Assembly: GCA_973895155.1 (NCBI GenBank)
Contig: OZ316899.1
Span: 11,471,775 to 11,535,774 of the forward strand
Direction of reading: 5' to 3'
DNA length: 64,000 nucleotides
From: Marsupella aquatica
Taxonomy: Eukaryota > Plantae > Marchantiophyta
Shown here: in pieces, positions 1-8,797 of the stretch
How the letters are laid out: each line of letters starts with the position of its first letter
Position numbering within the stretch: the first letter of the stretch is position 1
Notes under the pieces: generated by a model
What the model was told of the DNA's origin: nothing
Seen by the model: only the letters and a program-made list of their open reading frames with translations
The model's database searches: none
Position numbers and translations under genes: made by a program

Positions 1-21
1 CTCCGCAAGGCCGCACCATAC

Positions 22-1275
22 ATGATGATCCGCGGACATCTGCATAAGGAAGGCGTCGATGGGAAAATCCACAAATGCCTAGACTATAACGAGACGATCA
101 TTGTCATGCGAGCTATGCACAAGGAAGAGGCAGGAGGACACTTCGCCCCGGTCACCACGGCTCACAAAATCTTGGACGCAGGTTATTGGTGGCCCACGCT
201 TCATCACGACGTAGCCCATTTTATCCGAGGGTGTGACTTATGTCAGCGCGCAGGCAAACCTCGCAGATCGGGTAATCATCCTCTAACTCCAATCTTTCCC
301 CTTGCCCCGTTTGAGAAATGGGGCATCGATTATATCGGACCATTCACTCCGGTAACCCGAGGTCGACGTTGCCGGTACATCCTTCTGGCTATCGACTACT
401 CGACTAAATGGGTCGAGGCCCGGGCAACGGTCAAGGATGACGCGGCCACCACTGCCAGGTTCCTGTACGAACAGATCTTCACCCGCTTTGGACCTCCCTT
501 GGAATTAGTCAGCAACCGTGGGACTCATTTTTTGAACGAAACGGTGGAAAAACTGACTGACCGTTACCTCGTCAAGCACAGGAAGACTACTCCTTATCAT
601 CCCAAATGTAACGGACTAGCAGAGCGGGCTAATGGCATTGTAGGGAAAATCCTCAACAAAACCGTGGCAGCCCACAAAACAGACTGGGACGACAAGCTTT
701 TCGCGGCGGTCTATTCGTACAACTTGGCGTTCAAGACCACTACAAACCATAGTCCGTATTTCTTGGTATTCGGACAACATGCGCTAGTACCCGTCGAGTT
801 CGAGGTCGAGACCCCCCGGGTGCGCATCCGCCACAGACTATCGGAGGCCGCTAGTTCATCCGATCGAGCATATAAGATCGACAGTCTAGAAGAACACAGA
901 TTGTGGGCATCGCAACGCGTGGCAGCTAAGCAAGAAGCAACGAAGAAACAGCATGACAAGGGACTGCGCCAGGTGGACATCACTGCGGGAGATCTTGTCC
1001 TTCTGTACGACAGTAGGTACATGTACTTTCCAGGAAAGTTACACACACGCTGGCTAGGACCTTTCGTTGTCCAGCAGATGTACCTGAACGGATCCCTACA
1101 ACTATCGACGTACGCCGGCGACCTCTTTCCCAATCGAGTTAGTTACGATCGTGTGAAGAGGTACTTTCATCAGGACAACGAGCGTAATGATGTTCGCGAG
1201 GACGCTTCACACTTAAGTAGGGAGCTATGTGACACGGGTAACGTGTCACTTGACCGAACCCAGGTCGTAGATTAG
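22..1275 (+). pseudogene. Ty3/Gypsy integrase (C-terminal end of pol), family A, probably inactive
   Basis: HHCC zinc finger (H..GGHF..C..C), rve core WGIDYIGP / LVSNRGTHF / NGLAERAN, and GPF motif (KLHTRWLGPF). The second catalytic Asp is changed (SDRG>SNRG). The ORF runs through the PPT and stops about 48 nt inside the LTR. Confidence 0.93.
1215..1227 (+). promoter_or_regulatory. Putative polypurine tract (PPT) of family A
   Basis: AAGTAGGGAGCTA lies immediately before the LTR-start TG at 1228. The tract is imperfect. Confidence 0.6.
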
Positions 1276-1341
1276 GACTTATACGGTCATTAGGACCGTA
1301 GCCATAGCATAGAATAGCACGTATAGCCGTCAAGTTGCCAT
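1228..1341 (+). repeat. First 114 bp of the family A 3' LTR (inverted copy of 8677-8782)
   Basis: TGTGACACGGGTAACGTGTCACTTGACC... matches the reverse complement of 8677-8782, apart from an 8-bp indel and a few substitutions. Confidence 0.92.
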
Positions 1342-1865
1342 CTAGCGCCAAAAAACCGGTCGTCGTATGTCGCACCCCTACCCTGGGCCTTAAATCCGGG
1401 TTAGTGTCGTGGTGCGACCTCGACCACCAGTAGGGGTGAGGGTTCGGGCAAGGAGGTGTGTAGTGACCTTCAATAGCCCTAAGTCGGGCTAAGCCGCTAT
1501 ACTTACTGGTATAACACTCGCATAATTCGTACTTGTCATAGGTATATTTATTTTCCACCGCTGGAATTTTCCCTCAGTTAGTGACGCGGACTAACTCCCG
1601 ACTTGGGGCTTTTCAAGCCATCGACGTGACAGGACCTTGTGACATGCAATGAGCGGCAATCCCTACCATTAGTCCGCACCCGATACGTCCCTTAAAATGG
1701 TGCCTTTGCCCGGACAAAGCATACACACAACACTAGTTACTCTCAGAAACATTAAGGGGAAAAGACTACATTTACTCAGCGAAGCATCAGTTTACATGGT
1801 TGACTCGACTTCAAAGGGGGTCAGCAGGCCCAACGGCAGTCGATGCCCAGTCTCTACGAGGCCCT
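1338..1865 (-). repeat. 528-bp duplicate of the family A LTR end, spacer and partial PBS (copy of 4923-5450)
   Basis: Direct repeat at offset 3585. About five transition differences seen by eye. Confidence 0.95.
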
Positions 1866-4838
1866 TTGGGAGTTCCTTGGGTTCCTTTATTACGGACGGA
1901 ATCTCGGGGCTCCAGGTAACCTTTTTCTTTGCGGGAGGAGTGACGGTTTGAGTAGCATTTTCCTCGGGTATACCGGGTAAGGCCAGCCGGCCAACTGCCT
2001 TCGTAGGGCTCACCCTGCCGGGGAATGCTCCGCCCATTGCCGCATCATCTCCTTCTGGTTTCCCGGGTGCTTCGATTTGGGCCGCTGGTCTGGGCTGGTT
2101 CAGAATATGGGCTTCTCGGACGGCATTTACCCCGAAGACTTCCTCTTCATCCAGGCGAGAGATTAACTCCACCATATTCACCTCTTCTTCTGAGATGTCC
2201 TCCTCCGAGTCACATTCTTCGGGTCCCTGGGGCGTCTCGCCCTGGTAGTCTTCTTCCTTCCAGGACACCGTCGTAGTCGGGTTACCGAATCGTAATTCCT
2301 TCCTTCCCCAGTCGGTAACGACTCGGGCACCGTATAACCAGGGTCTGCCCAGCAGTACTGGATAAGAAGAGGGTCGGACGGGTCGCATCACCAGGTAATT
2401 TAGAAAGAACTCGAGGCCTCCAATCCACGTGGATATCTTGGTTAACGTCCCCAGTGGCATGATCCTGGCGCCGTTTGCTAACCGAATGGCGCGCGCCGTG
2501 GGTTGATAAGATGTATATCCCAACCTTACGGAAGTGTCCTCTGTCATGATGTTTACACCGGACCCGCCGTCTATCGGTACAAACCGAACAGTACAGCCCG
2601 CTATCTCGATAGAGACTTCCAGCGCTCCTAAGTCCTGGTAAATCATCATACAGTCGGCTAAGGTGCTTACCCGAGGTAGCCATCGCCTCCTCTTTCCTAT
2701 CAGCATCTCCTTGAGTTGTTGCCTATACTTCGGGTTATCCTGCAATAGTTGTCCGACAGTGGCTGTGGCTACACAGTTCTGAACATCCTTTTTGATGTCG
2801 TATTGGTTAGACGGTGGGGTCGCAGATTTTACTGCTTCTGCTCCCTTGACTTCAGTTTGCAAGGCAGTCTCAGCTTCCTCGGCTTCTTCGGCCGCCTTAG
2901 CATTGGCAATATCCTTCTTAATGGCTTTCTCGTGCTCTTGGGCTTCATAGGCTTCCAATTGCTTTTTGACCAGTTCCTCTACTCGTGGGTAGAATAACTT
3001 CGGGTTATCCCGCTGGTAGTCTTCCAGCTCGTCTGGTTCCATTGGACTATTCTTGTCTGCGACCGCCTCTTTCTGCTGGGCATCCTTCCGATCTCGTTCT
3101 TTGTACTTATCCTTCTTGCGGGATGATCGGGTAGAAACGCGATAGCACTCGTCGTCCGCGTGCGTTCCCGTTTGCTTGACTGCCTCTATGAGATCGATCC
3201 ATTTGGTGGAGTCGTCCTGCCATTCCATTGTTACCATTTGTACTACTGCATCCGTAATTGGTGGGGCCGCAGGTTGAGCAGCTCTGACGGCGCCGGCCTT
3301 CGCGGCTAGCACCAAGGGGCAGTTTGACGTGGAATGTGCTTCGGTTCGACAGACCTGGCACAATGGAAGCGCTCTCCCATCCCCTTGCTTCCTTTGCTCC
3401 ATGCACTCTCGGGCAAAGTGACCAGGTTTCTCGCAATTATAGCAAACCGGGGTCCGCCAAACTCCGGGTTTAGGTGGGATACTTGGATTGCTGACCATCT
3501 GGGGGCCACGCCCATTTACCGGATACGGATAAGGGGTATGGAACCCTGGATTGTGGCCGCTTAGGGTGCGAGGTCCCGTCATACTCATCTGGAACACCGC
3601 CTCACCTGGATCCTCGAAGAAGTACTCCATCGTGCATCCCTCTGGTTCGGACTGTCCGGGCTCCAACTCCATCTGGTGCACGCGAGTGTTCCATCTTGGA
3701 CATTCTTGCACCACATGTCTCGATTGATAACACTTGGAGCACCAAGCATGCGCTCGGATTTCCGGTGGTTTCTTCTTGTCCGGAGGTTTTTCCGCCAAGT
3801 GCACCGATAGTGCCTTCAGCCGGTCTGTGATTTCGTTCAGCTTTTCTACCTCCGCAGCCTTTGGGTCCGTGGTGACGACTTTGGCTCGCGGTTTATGTTT
3901 ACCCGTATCTGACCGTGATCCCTTCTTTCTTCTGTGGTCTCGAGACTCTGACTCGGTCTCGCTGGAGGATGAGCCAGTTGACGTCGGGCTACTGGACAGG
4001 GAATTACTAGACTCAGAATCAGAGTCTGACAAAGAGCTAGTCCGGCCCTTCTTCTTATATCGTCATTTCTTCTTCCTCTTCTTCTCGTCGTACTCAGAGT
4101 CGGAGTCGCTGAAGGTATGATACCTCCTGCTCTTCTTATGTTTGGTCCTCCTATTAAGCTGAGAGGCGTAGTGCAATTCCCTAAAGGATTCGGCACTATC
4201 AATTGCTTGTTGTAGAGTGGTGGTCTTCTTTTCTAGCACCGAGAACGCCATCCTCTGGGGTAGCGCGTTGACGAACCATTTCCTCAGCAGAGAGTCATCT
4301 GGCTTAGGCCGAATCTTGGCGGCAACCTTCTGGAACCGCTGAAGAAATTTGTGAAGTGAGTCATGCTTACCCATTTGCATTCGCCCGATTTTTGACAGGG
4401 CCCGAGATTCGATCCCGACGGGCCGAAATTCTTGCAAGAACGCCGTTTGGAACTGGCCCCATGTACAACCCGGGGGTTGTAAGTTATACCACGGGCGCGC
4501 TTCTCCTCGTAGTACGCCTGGAAGAATGGTTAGCTTAATGGCTTCCTCACCATTCGCCTTGGCCGTGGCCTCGAACTCAGCTATCCATTCATCAGGGTGG
4601 TCTGTGGGTCGTCCCTTAAAGGGTCGATAGTGAAACCGGGATCGCTGCGACACGTTCTGAGCCGCAGGGGGCCGCAACGCACCTGGTACCTGCGGGGCTG
4701 GTGGAACCGGTGGAGTTCCTCCCGCGATCCTGCTTGGGAAGCCGAGCTCCCCGCTTCGCCGGTCGCGGTATTCTCTTCCAACCTTGATGCTCCGTCCGGT
4801 TGTTGTAAATACGCAGAACGTGACCGGGTAAGGGGCAT
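1866..4838 (-). pseudogene. Family A gag + aspartic protease, truncated before RT
   Basis: MPLTRS start, gag core (FKGRPTDHPDEW..LRGEARPWY), CCHC knuckles (CYNCEKPGHFAREC) and protease IDGGSG..LLGRPWL. One frameshift near 4680 and an in-frame TGA at 4063-4065. Fused at 1865/1866 to LTR sequence. Confidence 0.92.
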
Positions 4839-4916
4839 GCCCCTTCCTTCACGTCGAGTACAAAATCAAAAGTTACTAGCTCACTACACGTCTCCACTCG
4901 TAAGGCAAAATGAGTG

Positions 4917-4935
4917 CCCCCTCCATCTAGCGCCA
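4917..4935 (-). promoter_or_regulatory. Primer-binding site, tRNA-Asn-like (TGGCGCTAGATGGAGGGGG)
   Basis: Lies between the LTR end and gag. Near-complementary to the 3' end of plant tRNA-Asn as I recall it (one mismatch). The same motif recurs at 40854-40872 and 47968-47985. Confidence 0.8.
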
Positions 4936-5596
4936 AAAAACCGGTCGCCGTATGTCGCACCCCTACCCTGGGCCTTAAATCCGGGTTAGTGTCGTGGTGC
5001 GACCTCGACCACCAGTAGGGGTGAGGGTTCGGGCAAGGAGGTGTGTAGTGACCTTCAATAGCCCTAAGTCGGGCTAAGCCGCTATACTTACTGGTATAAC
5101 ACTCGCATAATTCGTACTTGTCATAGGTATATTTATTTTCCACCGCTGGAATTTTCCCTCAGTTAGTGACGCGGACTAACTCCCAACTTGGGGCTTTTCA
5201 AGCCATCGACGTGACAGGACCTTGTGACATGCAATGAGCGGCAATCCCTACCATTAGTCCGCACCCGGTACGTCCCTTAAAATGGCGCCTTTGCCCGGAC
5301 AAAGCATACACACAACACCAGTTACTCTCAGAAACATTAAGGGGAAAAGACTACATTTACTCAGCGAAGCATCAGTTTACATGGTTGACTCGACTTCAAA
5401 GGGGGTCAGCAGGCCCAACGGCAGTCGATGCCCAGTCTCTACGAGGCCCTGCCTCGCACTTGCCCAGCAAGCTCGACTCTGGTTCTCACTCCTTGGTACG
5501 CTCTGACCCTACTCAGGCCGGGACTCCCCGTGCCTCGCCTTTCTTCTGCTGAGATAACTAAGCCTTCTCCCGCTTCCCATCGCGGAAGGGGAAGCC

Positions 5597-5602
5597 TAAA
5601 TA
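5597..5602 (-). promoter_or_regulatory. TATA-like box (TATTTA) of the family A LTR, downstream of the LTR ORF
   Basis: Positionally matching boxes at 19914-19919 (-), 47275-47280 (+) and TATATA at 36059-36064 (-). Confidence 0.5.
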
Positions 5603-5935
5603 CTACCATAGCGGAAGAGAACCGGAGGATACTACCTTCCGGGGTACTACCTACTGACTAACTAACTGCTGACTACCGGTCGCGCTGCACTGACCAGTTG
5701 ACCGTCGACTACGAGTGTGCCAATCGGAATGGCAGCGGCCAAGCCTACTGACAAACTCTAGTACGTTGATGGACTCAATCCTACGTTGGCTGATCCTAAC
5801 TGACCGGCCCTAATTCTTCCTACTGCCGCTAATCGGCGCCTAATGACAGTCATTCTGTCGTTATGCCTAACTAAAAGATGCCGTTGACTTAACCGCTTCG
5901 CGCGGCGCCTGCTTCTACCCTTCGCTAACTACCCC

Positions 5936-8383
5936 TTACGTGTGTGCAGTGGTTGGACCAGGGCTGGTCCCCTTGTCGGGGCGAGACCTCGAGCCGCCTT
6001 GATCAGAGGTGGGCCCAGGTTTTCCCCGCTGGAGGATGAGCAGGGTGACGCGGTCCTGCAAAGCCTTGTTGTCCCGTAATGCTTCCTCCGCCTCGTTTGC
6101 AGCTTCGTCGGCTTCAGTCTGGAGCCGCGCCACCTCCAAGTTGAGCTGGTCGATGGCGTCGCGATGGACCTGGTCCTGCGCTAGCAATTTATCTCGTTCG
6201 GCAGAGAGACTAGCCACCTGCTGTGCTGCCTGCAGGAATTGTTTGTTGAGGTCGGTCAGGCTGGTAACCCGAGCCGAAGATTCTGAGCGTAATTGAAGCA
6301 CGGTGTCGTCCAGCTTCTTGAGTTCGGCCTGCGCTCCGCTTAACTCCTGGGTTAGTCCGTCCCTCTGTTCGACAGTGCGGACTAAATCCTCGCGGCGGGT
6401 CGTTGCCTCCTCCTCGAGGTGCTCTACCAGCATCTGGAGACGCCCGATCTCATTCCCCTTCGCCATGAGTTCTTCTTCCAAGCGGCTGACGATCCGTGGT
6501 TGGTGCTCTAACATGAAGAAGGCTGGCTGAAAGTACGCCGAGACTTGTTGTCCGATGTATGTCGCCAACTCCCCAGACATAGTCTGGCTAAACTTCTGGA
6601 CCAGGTCGTAGGCCATGGTCCCCGGGGCTACTTGGTAGTCCTCCATCCTCTCGGGTACCGGTGGTTCCTCGGCAGGGGCAACGAGCTCCTCCGTAGTCAG
6701 CGCTGGGGAGGGGAAGGTTTCTTCAGGTGGTGGAGGGATTGGGGGTGGTTGTACTGCAGGTAGCGGAGGCTCAATGGAAGGAGGCGGTGGAATTTCCACA
6801 GGGGGCGGTTGCGGAGTATTAGTCGGGGCTTCCGGCTCGGGGTTTGTCCGAGGGACAGTAGTCCGCGTAGTCGGGGTTGCCTCCTCTGGGGCGGGGGTGA
6901 CATTACCCGGGGCTGAGGTGGCCGTATTCTTTCCTCTGGCCTCCCGCCGTGCCTTGTACCAGGCGAGGATAATGGCGATATGACTCCCCAAGTAAGTCTT
7001 CCCTCCAATAGCCATACCACCCTGAGCCCGCTTCAGCTCCCCCGAGAATCTTCGGTAGAAGAATTGGGCCCAGTTTCGTCGTTTGTACTGTTCCACCTGC
7101 ACTATCGTGTAGAGGGAAATCTCGGATCGTGGCTCAATCATGTGTAGGGTAGTCCGTATGAAGTTAAGCCGCTCCATACAGGTTAAGTTGGTGCACGCCC
7201 CCTGCTTGTATCTGTTGTCCGTCTTACCCTCGGGTTTGAAGTGCCGCGGCGTATACTCCTTATCCCGAATTCGGATTTCCACCGGCACCGGCCCGGTTGG
7301 TAGGCCGAAAATTTGCGTTAACCGATGCTCCGTGAGTGATAAGGTCTGCCCCGAAACCTTGGTGGTTGACGCATCAGTGTCAAAATTGGAGATGAACTCA
7401 CAAATCTCCTTCGGCCCGGTGGCGCACGGCCTCCATAGTAAGTGGGCGAACCGCTCCAACTGATGCTCCTTGAGATAGTCCGCATGTTCGAGTTTCTTGA
7501 TCGCGATCAAGACTACCTCGGGGATGCGGATTACCTGTAATAAGTTGGACTTCGGGTTATCCGGGGGCCGTCGGGTCTGGTTGGTCGGGGGGTTTGCCGG
7601 GGCAGGTGCAGGCGCGGCGTCGGTCCGTGTTGATTCGGGGGCCGTCGTAGTCCTTGACCGCTTACGAGGATGCTGTTTGAGTTGCGGACTAGCTCGCTCG
7701 GAACCCGAAGAACACTCCGCGTTGATTACTGGACGGACTTGGGACTGGTTCGGCGGTACTCCGGTGGTCATCGGTTGAGGCGCTGGGGTAGCCCTATCCC
7801 AGTTGAAGGCGTTGGAGCTTTCCCCGAGGAACGTGAGATTACGCGCCGCTTCCCGTTGTCTGCTGATGTCTTCTTGGCGCTTTTCGGCTACGATCTGCTG
7901 GTCTAGGTACCCCGGAATCTTGTCGAACTCCGCTTGAGTAAGCCGCTGGTTGCCCTTCAGCTTAAAGAACTTAGCTGGAACCTCAAGAATCGCCTTTGCT
8001 ACCGATCTAAGCCCTTCCTCGCTGAGATATAGTTCGGTGATGTAGTCTCGCAGCTCGTTATAGCTAGAATCCCTGGTGATGGCTGTCCTTTCGCAATTAA
8101 CCAGTGCTACCTTGGTTACCAGCTTCGTGTACCTTCGTTCGTAAGCGGCTTTCTCGGGGCAAGAGTACCAGTAAGTCTCGGAGAACTTAGCACCTACCTC
8201 GCCAAACAAGGTCCAAAATCCCAAGGCTATGAGGGTCATACTAACCTCGTAGTCCGGTTCGTTGCGTCCACGTTCCCACCTGGCTGGTCCTTTCTCACGG
8301 AGGCCTCGCTCGTCCTGACTAAATCTCGCCACATTCCGCTCTTCTCCCTCGATAATTTCCTCGTAAAGGTTGACTGGATTCAA
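5936..8383 (-). CDS. LTR-encoded accessory protein, 815 aa (N-terminal unknown domain, PMD/Transposase_32-like core, Pro-rich linkers, coiled coil)
   Basis: Uninterrupted ORF. The core EFISNFD..TKVSGQTLSLTEHRLTQIFGLP..NWAQFF..TYLGSHI is homologous to ORFs at 8798, 21124-22122 and 52887. The C-terminus is heptad-rich. The start codon is uncertain (the track uses TTG). The domain call is by motif resemblance only. Confidence 0.85.
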   Translation of the reverse strand: MNPVNLYEEIIEGEERNVARFSQDERGLREKGPARWERGRNEPDYEVSMTLIALGFWTLFGEVGAKFSETYWYSCPEKAAYERRYTKLVTKVALVNCERTAITRDSSYNELRDYITELYLSEEGLRSVAKAILEVPAKFFKLKGNQRLTQAEFDKIPGYLDQQIVAEKRQEDISRQREAARNLTFLGESSNAFNWDRATPAPQPMTTGVPPNQSQVRPVINAECSSGSERASPQLKQHPRKRSRTTTAPESTRTDAAPAPAPANPPTNQTRRPPDNPKSNLLQVIRIPEVVLIAIKKLEHADYLKEHQLERFAHLLWRPCATGPKEICEFISNFDTDASTTKVSGQTLSLTEHRLTQIFGLPTGPVPVEIRIRDKEYTPRHFKPEGKTDNRYKQGACTNLTCMERLNFIRTTLHMIEPRSEISLYTIVQVEQYKRRNWAQFFYRRFSGELKRAQGGMAIGGKTYLGSHIAIILAWYKARREARGKNTATSAPGNVTPAPEEATPTTRTTVPRTNPEPEAPTNTPQPPPVEIPPPPSIEPPLPAVQPPPIPPPPEETFPSPALTTEELVAPAEEPPVPERMEDYQVAPGTMAYDLVQKFSQTMSGELATYIGQQVSAYFQPAFFMLEHQPRIVSRLEEELMAKGNEIGRLQMLVEHLEEEATTRREDLVRTVEQRDGLTQELSGAQAELKKLDDTVLQLRSESSARVTSLTDLNKQFLQAAQQVASLSAERDKLLAQDQVHRDAIDQLNLEVARLQTEADEAANEAEEALRDNKALQDRVTLLILQRGKPGPTSDQGGSRSRPDKGTSPGPTTAHT

Positions 8384-8797
8384 TCAAAAAGGCGAGCGGA
8401 TGGCAGCGTCCGTGAATTCCAAAAAGGTAAACGTGAGCGACTGGCCCGCAGTGCCATCGGCTCCTCTCTTATGGGGGTGCCCGGACGAGCCCGAGCGTGA
8501 GAAGGTCAGGCCGTTTGGTCATTGATAACGAGCTGAAGTCGGCGTCTCGGTCCAAGCGTGATTCTTCTAACTGATTTTTACTCCGCTGCCGCCACCGTAC
8601 CTCGGTCGCGCGTAATAATCCCTTTCCTGAACTTGTAATTATTCGGTTATCTTAACCTACTCCTAATCTAATCATAATGGCAACTTGACGGCAATACGTG
8701 CTATTCTACGCTATGGCTAATGACCGTATAAGTCCTAATCTATGACCTGGGTTCGGTCAAGTGACACGTTACCCGTGTCACAATAATACCGCTGGCA

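Larger units (their letters stand above)
4953..8782 (-). mobile_element. Family A giant 5' LTR (3,830 bp) containing a protein gene
   Basis: The minus strand starts TGTGAC and ends GCGACA, followed by spacer, PBS and gag. Its start is also found right after integrase/PPT at 1228. Its termini and R/U5 motifs are homologous to the TSD-bounded solo LTRs D and E. Confidence 0.88.

Noticed and set aside
4032-4065. Programmed gag-pol frameshift or readthrough
   Set aside because: It is an in-frame TGA in an Arg/Lys run in the middle of gag, best explained as a CGA>TGA mutation.
4616-5143. Duplicated ORFs MENKYTYDK... (also 1139-1558) and MVPLPGQ.../MAPLPGQ...
   Set aside because: Chance frames in the duplicated U5/PBS segment. 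They cross element boundaries and are not conserved in related LTRs.
5936-8383. env gene or host SMC/myosin-like gene
   Set aside because: No evident signal peptide or C-terminal transmembrane anchor, and no ATPase motifs. It is intronless and repeated inside LTRs. A coiled coil alone is not diagnostic.
1228-8782. Terminal inverted repeats suggesting a 7.5-kb DNA transposon
   Set aside because: The repeat is the LTR start: it follows the PPT on one side and begins an LTR on the other. The flanks do not form a TSD and there is no DDE transposase.
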